A program made the translations under genes and the position numbers. Shown in pieces: positions 29,733 to 45,639 of a stretch of DNA of 64,000 nucleotides (position 1 is its first letter; every line of letters begins with the position of its first letter). Location: positions 6,138,001 through 6,202,000 of the forward strand of contig OX597822.1 of NCBI GenBank assembly GCA_951406725.2, given 5' to 3'. The notes below the pieces were generated by a model, which searched no databases, was not told the origin of the DNA, and saw only the letters and a program-made list of their open reading frames with translations. The stretch is from Octopus vulgaris. Its lineage: Eukaryota.

Positions 29733-31736
29733 TAGGTATGTATACACACACACATACACACACACACATATATATATATATATATTATTTATGCTATTAG
29801 TTGATTGAACGCCACACATCCATTTCCAAATAGGTTTATCTCATATATATATATATATATAAGATAAACCTATATATATATATAAAGGTACACATATGTA
29901 CATACATGCACATATACACACGCACACTCATACACTCATACATATGTAAAATCAAATGTTGACAGTCTGACCGTCTTTACTTAATTTCGAACCAGGTTTC
30001 AGCTCCATTGCCAAGGATTTCTCTCTCTCTCTACACACATGCCACAAAAGTAAGCATACCTTTTGACCTTTGACTTTGAAATACATGATTACCAGACAAC
30101 GTGAAGGTAGTCACAGGCACCATAGGGTTGGCCCTTACATGAAAGGAAGTCTTTCTTACTCTCAGGAACAAAGCTATTTCAATTCGTTGATTTCCTTGAG
30201 CTATGTGCCATCTCTGGAACAAATTGGCAAGCGACACTCACTCTCGCCCTCCTTAATAGCCTTGTACTAAGTTTCATTTGCAGTATATCAAACCCAATAT
30301 TAACAAAACTTACGCATGAATTGCGTTTCTCAAAAGGAATCAGATTATTTTTTTACACATACTTCAGTCATTTCTATTATTTTTGCTCAACACTGTAGTC
30401 TATACTTACGCCTGTTGTCGTGCTGAACACCAGTCAGCTGAAAGGTATCTCGGTTGCGCATGCAAACGTATAGTGCTTCTTATAAATATAAGGGGGAAAA
30501 ATCCACTCCGGGCGGTTTTATTCTGGTTGTAAAATAATGTTTAAACATTTGATACCCTATATGTGTAATGTCTCTGATATGTTACAACTAATCCTCCTTT
30601 GTATCTTTTAATCCTCTAATATTCTGAATGACAGTGATCCGGATTGTACGCATAGTATGTTCTGGAAAAACATTATTTTCAAAAGCCGACATATGATTGT
30701 ATAACTTAGTGTTTGCTCTGCATTACCTTTCCGTCGATATATATTCGAACACTTTAATTTTAATAATTTATATAAACGTAAACTTCATGATTACAGATAT
30801 GGAAAATGATAATCTTTTATTATGAGAATACGGCAAGACGAATGCTAATCTCACCAAAAGAATTAACTATCGGAAATAGATATAAATACTCATCATGCAC
30901 TGTGACAATCTCTTAAAACAATTATTTTTTGTAAAAGTTGTACATAGCAATGAAATTTTTCATTTGAAAGTAAATGAAACTGGGGAAGTAATTTAAATCC
31001 ACTTTGCTTCAGGTTTCTAGTTCTTCTAAAGACATCCAACAAGTAAGAAAGGAGAAAGGAATCAGCATAATTTGGTTAACACTGGGTCAACCATACGATT
31101 TGGAATAACATTTGTACTGATACGTCTGTAGAACGTAACTTTATGAAGCACGTGAGAGAGAAGACAGGAGACGAAATCTCGAAGTGAATTAAAATGAATT
31201 TTCTGGAGTTGAAATCTTAAATAATAAAAGAACTTGAAAATCACATTTTGATTTTTAAAAAAAATATGCATATTATATTTAGAATTTTAAAGAATTTTCT
31301 AGACAGTCTACATTATAATAATTGCATTCTTTTGTAAAATTTACATTGTGATAACTAATTAGTAGGCAACTTTCTCTATTAAAATATACATGTGTATACG
31401 TATGTGCATAAATGTGTATATACATATAAACATACACCATAAGCACATACATTTTTATATATATATATGTATTTGTATATGCATAAATGTGTATACACAT
31501 ATATACATACGCTATAAGCACATAATATATATATATGTATATATAATATATATATATGTGTGTGTGTGTGTGTATATATATATATGTGAATATATGTGTC
31601 TGTGTCTGTGTGTGTATGTGATAAATGTTTGTACGCACTATATATGTGAGTGCGTGCATATATTGTTATGCATGTATATACTAACACATATATGTGTTTG
31701 CGTGTCTGTTAATATGTTCACTCACGCGTAGACACA

Positions 31737-31767
<31 letters not shown>

Positions 31768-32358
31768 TCCCACATCGCATACATAGCAATCTTCAAAACA
31801 GTTATTGTGAAATATCCATGAATAGATTCCTTTGAACTGGCTTGGATTTATTGAAAAAATTCTACACCAAATTATATATATATTAATTTATTTCAAATTA
31901 ATCAGCATGATGCGTTGTCTTGTACATTTAGGCTATTTCAAACATTCTATTACCATGGTAACTTTTGTAGAATAATAGATAATTTAGAAACCAATAATAG
32001 GACTGTTACATAAACATTCCTGATTTGCTACTACGACCGACAAAAACATATCCTTACTTTTCTCAAATTTTACACACGATAACATTTAGACGCTCATTTT
32101 GAGCTCTTCCCTTGTTGTAAAGTATAAAAATTCATTTTCTTATTCTTGACTTCTTCCCACGCTTTATCAGTTTTCGGATGTTCAAGTTAGGTTTTTGACT
32201 TCTCATGGTACGTAGAGATTGATACTGCTGTTGAGATTTAGCCCTGAAACCCGTGGATGTGGCTTTTTCGTAGAAAACCACAGTTTCGGTATTAATCTCA
32301 ACTAAATATCTCGTATAAATTGATATGCTATACGGGATACTTTCTCGAGACGAATATC

Positions 32359-32530
32359 AATTTCTTTACTACCCACAAGGGGTTAAACACAGAGAGGACA
32401 AACAAGGACTGACAAACGGATTAAGTCGATTACATCGACCCCAGTGAGTAGCTGGTACTTAATTTATCGACCTCGAAAGGATGAAAGGCAAAGTCGACCT
32501 CGACGGAATTTGAACTCAGAACGTAACGGC
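32359..32530 (-). mobile_element. SINE family 2, 5'-truncated
   Basis: tttctttactacccacaagggg..aaggatgaaaggcaaagtcgacc. Confidence 0.9.
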
Positions 32531-32584
32531 CGCAGTCGTGTTGATTTCTACTGCATATCTACATTGACTATGATATTCAGAATG

Positions 32585-32804
32585 TTACTCTTTTACTTGT
32601 TTCAGTTATTTGATTGTGGCCATGCTGGAGCACCACCTTCAGTCGAACACATCGACCCCAGGACTTGTTCTTTGTACGCCTAGTACTTATTCTATCGGTC
32701 TCTTTTCTCGAACCGCTAAGTTACGGGGACGTAAACACACCAGCATCGGTTGGCAAGCGATATTGGGGAGACAAACACAGGCACACAAACATACACACAC
32801 ACAA

Positions 32805-32863
<59 letters not shown>

Positions 32864-33020
32864 CGACGGGTTTCTTTCAGTTTCCGTCTACCAAATCCAC
32901 TCACAAGGCTTTGGTTGGCTCGAGGCTATAGTAGAAGACACTTTCCCAAGGTGCCGGAACTGAACTGGAAACCATGTAGTTTGTAAGCAAGCTACTTACC
33001 ACACAGCCACTCACACGCCT
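32585..33020 (-). mobile_element. SINE family 1, full length with internal (CA)n/(TA)n
   Basis: Head, CORE-like region, microsatellite spacer and tail all present. Confidence 0.9.
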
Positions 33021-33518
33021 ATGTTAGTTAGAGATTTATTTCAGATATGTTATAACAATATACAAAATGCTCTATGGTTACGTATGTGTCAGTAACAAGA
33101 ACAGACTATTGACTATTGTGGGGGTTGAGTGTCAAGATGGGTAATTAGACGGATTTAAGTGCGTATGGTAATTAGATATGGGCGTGGCATTGATGCCTGC
33201 AAGTCTCACCGATTTTCATAAAGTCTTTTATTCTTTCAATGTTTTTAACGTAGTACCTGTAAAATTCTGGAAGCTTAATCGTCTATCCTCTCCCTAGAAT
33301 CTGTAATCTTGCGCCCATGTTAACAAGGGGCTGTCCATTTTCTCCGTGAAATTCCTTTCTGCAAATAAGTGACATATCACAATTAGTTGCTAAGTTGTAA
33401 CCATCTTGGGTAGATTCGACTTTTGTCTAATCTTTAAAGTGTGTTGTAATTTATGAACACATGTTATAAGCAATGCAGCCTTTCTAGAAGTTTGCAAGCA
33501 GGCCTCTGAAATAAACGA

Positions 33519-33571
<53 letters not shown>

Positions 33572-33975
33572 GGATTCAACATTTACTTTGTGATTGAGAG
33601 ATGCTTTAAATCATCATATATTTATATATTTCCTCTACAAGTCAGTGGATGATAACTTTGAAAGAAACATAGTTATAAAAAGCCATAATCTTCCATGACA
33701 TTCTGATCCTGAACAGGATGATCTCCTTCCCCCCCTCCTTCTCATCTTCAGTTTTCCATCCACACAATAGTATTGTAGACTCGTGAGCGCTACAGAAAAT
33801 TACTTAGTGTTATTTATTCCGGCTTTCTATGATGAAAGTTCATATCCCATCGAAGTCAACTTTACTTTTCATCTCATCCTTTCAGAGTCGATAATATAAA
33901 GTACCTATCGACGGTTTCGATTACTTTAATTCCCTTCAAAACTGCTAGCCTTGTGCGTAAGTCAGTAACCACTAA

Positions 33976-35749
33976 CACTGGTCAACAAAATAAAACTTTT
34001 TTATTTTCTGGCATAAAATTTTACAGCTGTTTCAGACTAATTTTTGGGACCTGATTCCAAAACTGACCTCAGATTTGCTCTATCACATAACATTTTTGTG
34101 CCATCGGTATATACCTTTATTTAGCGAAAGGAGCACACCGAAAGTTAACTTTACAACACTATATGCGGGAATTTTGGCTGGATTGTCATGCTCATTTTGA
34201 AGAATATGTTCAGAGCTGAGTTTTGTTTTAAAGCCCTTCCTCTTCCTTTCAGGTGTGAACTGAACCACTGTGATCTAGTTATGGATAGCTGGCAGAAACG
34301 TTAGCGCGCCGAGAGAAATGCTTAGCGGTATTTCGTCTGCGTTACGTTGTGAGTTCAAATTCCGCCGAGGTCGACTTTGCCTTTCATCCTTTCGGGGTCG
34401 ATAAATTAAGTACCAGTTACGCACTGGGTCGATGTAATCGACTTAATCCCTTTGTCTGTCCTTGTTTGTCCCCTCTATGTTTAGCCCCTTGTGGGTAATA
34501 AAGAAATAGGTATTTCGTCTGTCGTTACGTTCTGAGTTCAAATTCCGCCGAGGTCGACTTTGCCTTTCATTCTCTCGGGGTCGATAAATAAAGTACCAGT
34601 TTCGCACTGGGTCGATGTAATCGACTTAATCCCTTTGTCTGTTCTTGTTTGTCCCCTTTATGTTTAGCCCCTTGTGGGTAGTAAAGATATATATGGATAC
34701 AACATCAAAAAGAAGGACGTCTTGTAATGACCCTGATATCTTCTGTTAAGTCTGTGGAAATTTCACTCCACAAGATCAAAAATGCAACATTAATAACTTT
34801 GTCAAGAAATTGTATCTTGCTTACTTTAAAGTAACACTTGGAGACCAGGACAAAACCTGGGCTCCCCACAAACTTTACAAAGCCTATATTGAAATGTGGT
34901 GTGATGGAGCAATTCTTCAAGGCTCTTGATCACAATGGAGACTGCTCTAGATATGTATGTACAACCTTTACAAGTCTCAGCGACAAGAAGAAGGCAGGAA
35001 TACTTGAGGGATCTCAAATAAAAACACTCTTCAGGGTCCACATTTTGTTACAGCGATGAGTGCAGCAGAGACTAGAGGTTGGAATGCCTTCTCTGATGTG
35101 GTGCGGAATTTCCCTGGGAACAGGAAAGCTGACAATTATCAAAAGAATGCGGAGGAGTTGATCTTGAGTTTGCAAGCACTTTGAGGTAGAATGACTATTA
35201 AATTGCACTACTTACACAGTCACTTGGGTGGGTTTGCAGAGAACCTGAGTGATGTTAGCAAAGAACAAGGTGAACACTTTCATCAAGATGTAATGGAAGA
35301 ATGCTACAAAGGCTGATGAGACTCAAACAAGGTAGCAGACTACTGCTGGAGCTTGATGGGCGATATTTCAGACGCTGTGCACAAGAGATCGTCAAAAAAG
35401 AGCAAGTTATTGCAGTAATAAGATGATCAGATGAATAACCACAATGAATAGAGATTTTGTCCACCAAGCTTAATTCTTGCATGCTAATGTTCATTTATTC
35501 CCACAAATTTGTGTTTTGATTTATTAGATTAAGCAGAAGACATTGTCTATTAAAGGTTGCACCTACGTATGTTTAATTCTTCCTTTATGAGCGTTAAATA
35601 GCTGTTTCTAGCAAAATTAAAAGATTTTATATCTCAAAATCTGATATGATAGACAAAATCAAATCTAGTGCCATGTTTTATTTCAGCACCCCAAAATTAG
35701 CGAAAACTCATTGATAAACCTTGTGCCAGAGAATATGTGTTGACCAGTG
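33976..35749 (+). mobile_element. Chapaev3-like (CMC) DNA transposon, internally deleted, both ends intact
   Basis: TIR CACTGGTCAACA / TGTTGACCAGTG; TAA TSD at 33973-33975 and 35750-35752; transposase relics CNDPDIFC*VCG, LGDQDKTWAPH, MEQFFKALD, KLHYLHSHL, SKEQGEHFHQD, ADYCWSL. Confidence 0.85.
34288..34687 (+). mobile_element. SINE family 2 dimer nested in the Chapaev3-like element
   Basis: Two near-identical units joined at 34509; TSD tatggata at 34280-34287 and 34692-34699. Confidence 0.9.
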
Positions 35750-36468
35750 TAATTAATAGGCTCAACCGTGCTAACAGAGTACTAAAATAGTACTGCATAT
35801 ATGCAGTGTCGCTGTCATAATCAAGCTCTTGAATAAACACTTTATTCCTTAGGAGCTAGAATCGAGAATCAATCACAATTAATTTAAGAATCATCAGGGA
35901 TCGTTCATGAATTTGATGAAACTAGTAAGGTTAACTCGCGATTCCAGCTATCAGAGTGGCTGCGCTTTGTTTACGGGTTCTATTCTGACAGGAATACTCA
36001 ATATATGCTGATTAACCGCAGTAATATATCTTCGGTATATATATTTACTAAAAGAATACAGTTACCGCCATCTAGCAATTGGAAACCGACACGCGATCGG
36101 CTCATGATATATACGTATGAATGAATATATGTATATATTTATTGATGTATGTATATATATATATATATATATAGGTGTGCATGTGTATGAATGTATATAT
36201 ATATGTATTTTCTATGAGTTTCTAGAGCTCTTAAACTCGAGAAAAGAATAACTCTTTTCAAATTATTATGATGTATTTCTAAGTGGTAAAATTTACAAAC
36301 ATTCTTAGTGGCCAATATAGAGCAGTCCATTTAGTGTGAATACATTATAAGTAGTCGTATGGTGTCTGCGAATTTGAAAAGAAAAGCGAAAAGATAAAAA
36401 AACAGAATAGTAGCATGAAGTCATAGCAATCCATTAGTATTTCACCACTTGAATACTAAAAAATATCA

Positions 36469-37756
<1,288 letters not shown>

Positions 37757-38378
37757 ATAGATAGGTACATAGATAGCTATTTCATTTCCAATTAATCAGT
37801 ATACTCACAAAAGGCAGACATAGCAAAACATGCACGTAGTAGCGCACACATACACACACACATACACTCACACACATACACACAAGTACCTGGATAAATT
37901 AAAATACTGGACGAGACAGTATTTCCTCTTTTGTCGGTTTCAGCCATTCTGTTTATGTGTCTAAAGTGTGCAGGTTATTCCATGGCCATTTTCTGTCTGT
38001 CTGTTGTATGGAAGCTTTACAAACCACACAATACTGATGCTTAGAAGCTTTTATTGAGGTAGAGGTTCAAATTCTTTTGTTTAAGTCATGAATAAAATTT
38101 TGATTTGTCCATCCACTGAAATCAACAGCCTCCGATATCCGTTTATTATCACGGAAGCGTATCAGCGTTGAAGCGTTTAAAAAGATCAAATGTTACTGGG
38201 GAAAAGTCTAAGTGAAAATTTCGGAAAGGTTCGTAACCCAGTATACGAATATCTGGTGAATTCCTCATTGGTTTTAGCGTAGTGCTTCTCGAAGCGGGCG
38301 GTAGAAAATGTCAAAAGTGTCGGTAGAGGTTCGATATCTGCATTATAATTTGTTTTAGTTATTGTTGTCATTTTTTAT

Positions 38379-38720
38379 ACTTAAATCCTTAAATCCTTAA
38401 AAATGTTTCAGCCCTAAAGCTGCGGCCATGCTGGGGCACCACCGTTGAATGTGCTACACTAGTATGTGAAACCACCTCTGATACGTTGCAATTGGTCAAG
38501 AAGTTAGTTCGACGCCGCTGCCCGCATTTGTGTTTCCTGCCGAGAGTTAGGTTCATCTGTAACCCCTGACAAGGAGAGATCTAGTCTATTTTTAAACCCA
38601 CATCCACACCATGCAGGTCTCTCAGGCATTTAGGAAGGATATTGAAGAGCTGTGATCCACTGAAACTCAAGCTGTTGCAGTATCATCTGGTCCTGTATTT
38701 TGATAGTGATGTTGGGAATA
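38379..38720 (-). mobile_element. CR1/L2-group LINE 3' end
   Basis: CNSLSFSGSQLFNILPKCLRDLHG..RLD..VTDEP..RAAASN*LLDQ; short UTR; (AAGGATTT)n tail. Confidence 0.75.
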
Positions 38721-39738
38721 ATTAACTTTTTTTTAATGTTATACATAATGTTAAAGCGCTTGTTTGTCATAATCACAACGATGACATTAATAATAAGAAC
38801 AGGACATCACCAATAATAAATTTGAATAAATAAACAGACAAACCCGAACATATTCTATCTCTGCTTGTAAAATATACACAATTAACTGAAGTATAATTTA
38901 AAATATATTGTCAAATTTTGTGTGTGCTTCAATATATGCAATATAGACAGACCCATAGCTTTTGCTAATGTTCCTACTTGCACATACATACATATACATG
39001 TGTATAAGTTTGAACATTACTGATTCTACCTACGAGTGTCATCCGTTAATGTCATAACTTATCTACTTAAATAAATAGACGCGAGTAAAGTTTCTCGTAG
39101 CCAGAGAAATCAATATGTGTGAGCATATATTGGAAACATATAGAAAATATAAATATAAATCAGAATATAAAAATAAATTGCAAATGATAGTTACGGAGGT
39201 TTATATGAAGCACAAAGAATATGCTCCAGAGTTTCGACAAACGCACGTGCTACATTTCCGGTCAATACCTAAGATCAAGACGGGGATATGTCAAATATCC
39301 GCTTATAGTAGCATAGTTTTATGGTAAGCATTCACGCTCCTGAAACTTGAATCCGGAACTGTATTACCTCGACTTGATATTACGTGTATGCACTTTCAAA
39401 ATAGGAACATTGGAACGAAGTAAGTGAGCGTCGAAATAATGTTAATAAAAGATAAAAAGTAATAGTTGAAAAAAAATGTTTGGCAGTAAATGTTAAATGA
39501 ATAAGTTATTCCCCTTTACCTTCAAACATTTCCTAAGATTTTCTACTTGCGTTTTTTACTTGTATTATTTCACTGAGTCTCCATGTTATTTGAAGCTGCA
39601 TACAAGCCCATCTTATTACTCTACACTAGCATGAAACTTGAAATAGCTCACGTACAACTCATGTATCCATTAAAGAATATTTATTTTTCTCTAGATCGAG
39701 TACCTTTTTGCAGATCTTTTCAAAAGCAAGGATATAGA

Positions 39739-40707
<969 letters not shown>

Positions 40708-40724
40708 GTCTGTCTATCTATCTA

Positions 40725-41960
40725 GGGAAGGTACGAACGATGATGATGCTGAGAGAGTCGAAGGACATAGAAATCAGGTGTAATCCTCCAGATGTAAAAA
40801 TGGTCTAACAGTGGAAAGCAGAAGTAAAGACTGATCGCATTATGTCTTCTCTTACACACCGAAATATGGTGGGTGCAGCGCAAATTCATCGGAAGGGACT
40901 TGGTTTTGGCGCAGCTCACTTCAGACCGTTTGCAAGTATGAGGTGGAGCGAACTCAGAACTGCTGTTGGTAACAGCGCCAAAACAAGGGAAACAGAGAGA
41001 AGAGACCTTCATTTGATCCAATGCACTCAATAAGGACATGACGAGATGGGAGGAACATGTTGAGAGAAATTAGTTGGAATAAGATATGGAAGTGATATTC
41101 ATATCGGCTAAGTTTTCTGATTCGTTCATGATATGATGACTTGCCATCGCCTACAAATCTACTAAGATGGAACGTCTCAGAGAATGATATATGCAAATGC
41201 GGAAAGGTCGGATCACTGAAACATTTCTTTCCAACTATTCACTGGCACTGAATAGATATACATGGATACATAACCTGGTCCTTAAGGTTGTCTTCAATGC
41301 TATAAAGAACGAAATTGCTCTAATCAACAGTGGAAAATACCATTGAAAGAACCAACCAGAGGTTTCATTGCTTTCGTGTGCTCAGGAAAGCAGATCCGTT
41401 TCAAGAAGAAGATACTTCCCGTGAGCGATGAAAGGTGAAATAGCTACTGGGAGGTGGCTGCAGATTTATCAGGGTGCCAAGGATTCTTTTCCATCCCAGT
41501 TACGAAAAAAAAACCGGATATTATAATGTGGTGTGAAAGAAAGAATGTAGTTAATCTAGTCGAGTTAAAGGTAACATGAACGCCGCTCAGGCCCGTAATA
41601 ATGACCGTTGTGTAACCTCCTCGAGGAATGTGAAGACGCGGGCGGGAAAGCGGAGTATTTTCATATCGAAGTCGGATGTAGAGGATTCTTTGGGCAGAGT
41701 GTGGGGTGACTGCTGACATCGTTAGGCCTAACTCGTCGTAAAGTAAATACCACTATGAACGATATCCAAACTACAGTGGGAAAGTCTAGCTGGACTTGGT
41801 TAAAAAGAGACGATGAGTGATGGCTAGAAAAATATTGAGCTTTATTAGATCACCAGTTGATCTAGCAAGCGGGGCCTCATATCATTGAGAAGGGCCAGTG
41901 CACATTGATGCCATCGAGAGGTAGAGCCCGAAACGGCGCGCATTCTCTACAGATGACTCC
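40725..41960 (+). mobile_element. HERO-like RLE non-LTR retrotransposon 3' fragment
   Basis: LSFLIRS*YDDLPSPTNL.RW..CKCGKVGSLKH (zinc knuckle), RYTWIHNLVL, PDIIMW...VEL; abuts (TCTA)n at 40605-40723. Confidence 0.7.
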
Positions 41961-43286
41961 ATACACTTCCTAGATTCTGGCATACTGAGCATTTGACTGG
42001 TAGCACTTGCAAGTTGTTTGCAAAACATACATGTATATATGATTGGTGTACTATGTCTTTCATTAAGGAATTTGTTAACTACGGGTTAATTATTTCCGCT
42101 TTTTCTTGGTAGGCTGCATCGCAAGCTTATTTTTCCAGTTTTGTAGCTAGTAGTATTTGCAGATAATGATATCTACATAAAATTCGGTATTGCAGAAAAT
42201 AATTTCAAATAATTGCTTTTTATTAAAAAAAATTTTAGCGGAAAAATTTTGTAGCATAAATTTTTTTTAGACGACTGGTGCTATTATTCTTAAGTTATAT
42301 GAAAGGTTACACCATGTTATATTTAAATAATTCATTTTTGCTGAGGTTAGAGAAAGTATTGAAATAATTTACGTTAAATTTGACAATAATTATGAAATGG
42401 TTAAGTGATTTGTTTACGTAATTTCGTTTTCCATTCGATTTTTCCGATTAAGTAACATATAGAGAGATAACTGTTAAGGCTTAATGCAAGATCATGAAAA
42501 TTCACGTTTATAAGATTAGCACATATAGTGACTGAAAGACCACAGCTTTTGAAAAAGTGAAGTCTTTTCTTTGTCTGACCTGATTTTGGCAAGTGAGACC
42601 ACCCACTCAGTATAAAACTTCGCTCATATAATACATCTGATGTATTGATGATGACCATGATGCTGGTATATATATACATACATACATATATATATATATA
42701 TATGTATGTATCTACAATACACAAACCTACACACAGAAAGACAGACACGCGGGCACACACACACACCACACGCATTACACCCCTACACCCCACACACATG
42801 TATAAACATATTAGATCACTAACGTCTGCACACATCAAAAGCTGTCTTTGATAGATTTTTGGTCCATAAATATTGATTATAGCTCATAATTTCTTCTTCA
42901 CATGTAATATAATTTCCACGTCTTGGTCCGATCTGTTAGTTAATGATTTTAATATATTGAAGCGTAAATTAATAGTGCTTTTGTTATAGACGGGTAATTT
43001 TCTTTAATAGCCAATTGTAGTAATGTTATTCCTTTTGTTTTAGCCAAATTGAAACCAAGTGATGGGTGTGCTAAAATAGTAGTGGCGTTCTCTCCTTTAA
43101 TTTTTGAATAGTTTTGTATAATAGGAATTTACTAGAATCGGTCTTGATTCGATCGAGTAATTGCATAGGAGTTTTATTTTCGAAATTTCCTTAGTGTTCC
43201 TTGAGAGTAAAATAGGTCTGGTGTGACAGCTCAGTTATGTCTTTCATTAAAATAGCAGCTTTCATTGTGTTCTATTGCATAATATT

Positions 43287-43677
43287 CTTTTACTCTTTTA
43301 CTCTTTTACTTGTTTCAGTCTGTTGACTGGGGTCATGCTGGAGCACCGCCTTTAGTCGAGCAACTCGACCCCGGGACTTATTCTTTGTAAGCCCAGTACT
43401 TATTCTATCGGTCTCTTTTGCCGAACCGCTAAGTGACGGGGACATAAACACACCAGCATCGGTTGTCAAGCAATGCTAGGGAACAAACATACACGCACAT
43501 ATATATATATATATATATACGACGGTCTTCTTTCAGTTTCCGTCTACCAAATCCACTCACAAGGCTTTGGTCGGCCCGAGGCTATAGTAGAAGCCCAAGA
43601 TGCCACGCAGTGGGACTGAACCCAGAACCATGTGGTTAGTTAGCAAGCTACTTACCACATAGCCACTCCTGCGCCTA
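43287..43677 (-). mobile_element. SINE family 1, full length
   Basis: Near-identical to 53195-53597 and 56422-56837. Confidence 0.92.
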
Positions 43678-44030
43678 TATATGTAGGATATTTATTATTT
43701 TCTTCCGTATATGTTTGCTCTCTTTTTGGAATCATACCTCAGATGAGTATATATATATTAACTATTAGATAAATGTTTTTGCTTTGCTTTGTCTAATATC
43801 ATATAGGAGTTTGTTGCATTTTAGATCTTGTGATATTTGACGTTAAGTTTTCTTTGAAAATTGCTTGCTTACTTTTCCGTATTTTATGGTTTTGCTTAGA
43901 GTAACCTGGTAATCGTTTGTAATAACCAGTTTGATGGGGACACGTCTTTGTTTCTAATAGGAACTGGGTTTCATAGTTAGCACAACCCCTTGTTTGTCAT
44001 AAGGGTCCACATTTGAATTTCTGTTTACTG

Positions 44031-44078
<48 letters not shown>

Positions 44079-44082
<4 letters not shown>

Positions 44083-44390
44083 CGTTATCACCGTGACCGA
44101 CCAGGCTATCAGATGTTGTAACACATCGCTGGTCACAATGCGCTTCGCATTGTTTTAGCCTTCAAATGACGCCACCCTTCTGGCTAAGCGAGCAGGCCAA
44201 CAGAAGAAAGAGTGAGAGAAATTTGCGGCGGAAGAGGACAGCAGGGATCGCCACCATCCCCTGCCGGAGCCTCGTGGAGCTTTAGGTGTTTTCGCTCAAT
44301 AACCACTCACACCGCCCGGTCTGGGAATCGAAACCGCGATCCTACGACCGCGAGTCCGTTGCCCTAACCGCTGGGCCATTGCGCCTCCAC
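44079..44390 (-). mobile_element. SINE family 3 variant (same head, different 3' half)
   Basis: 44209-44390 matches 59172-59352; 44079-44200 is unrelated to the other copies. Confidence 0.85.
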
Positions 44391-44446
<56 letters not shown>

Positions 44447-45639
44447 TGTGTGTGTGTGCGTGTGTGTGCATGTGTGTGTGGATAATATTAAATTATATAT
44501 TCTCAGGTTCAATAATAAGTTTTCTTAAGTTTATAACCTATACATACACGTATAAATAAATTGGAGGAATACTCACATCTAGAATGGTTTTGTTCATCTC
44601 TTCTTAATCACAATTGTCCGTGTATGTATTGTCCCGGTAATCTAAAGGTCCAATGTTGTCGCCCGTTGCTTCGGCTAGTGGATTATAAGTATGTACATTG
44701 TCTGTGGAATATTCCGCCACTAACACGCTAAATCAATGCACAGGTCGTCGAGTTGAAGAAGCGAAAACTCATCGCCGAGACTGACGTAGATCCGTTCAAT
44801 ATATTACCATAAAGCAGCTTATGTACTTAGTTTGGTATTAACCATTGGCATCTTGAACGATGGCTCGGATTTATCTTTCATAACACACCTGGTGGTTCTG
44901 TTGATTGTTAGAGTTCTCTCTAGGCGTTTAAATCTAAATGAATGAGTCTCTAGGTGTTCATAGATCCTGCTACAAGCCGAGAAACATTTGTTAAATCTCG
45001 GCAGCCAATTCGAACGTTGGACATATTACTTCACAGTAATCATTCGGACTCTCTGCACTCTGATTTTAGTCAAAACAGAAGGTAGTGCTCATAGCCCTTA
45101 ACAGAGTGTCTGAGTCTGGTGGATGGAAAGAAGGATGGTGTCCTCAAACCGGAGACTTGGCACAAGAGTTTTTAACAGAAAGAAGGGACTTCATTGAGTG
45201 CAACCCAGGTACAAATAGAGGTATCGAACTGGGTAACAAATGAATCCTACAATCCAAGTAGGATATGGCAAGATTTGAAATCAGAATACCAAGAGACTCA
45301 ACGAGTATCGCCAGACATCCAGAACGAACTTCTTACACTTCTGCAAATCTACCGCTCTGAGTCGATCATTTATTGACTGTGAACTCGTGACAGGCAAACT
45401 AGACTTGTGCGTGGTTTTAACCTACAGTGCCAAGAGTTCGAAGAAAGTCAGAGAGAAAGGAAGAGATGGGGAGAGAGAGGGAAAGGGTGTATGTTTATTT
45501 TTTATGTATGTCATTTAACAATGTAATATTTCTTATCGTTCTGAAGAACGTGTAATAAATAAAACAAGCGATGCGAAAGACTCCACCTAAATCATCATAA
45601 CGTTCATCTTCTTCACAGCAGAAAAATAACTAAATAAGA

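Noticed and set aside
30065-30077. DR1-like nuclear receptor site TGACCTTTGACTT
   Set aside because: A single imperfect motif with no linked gene; could be chance or repeat-derived
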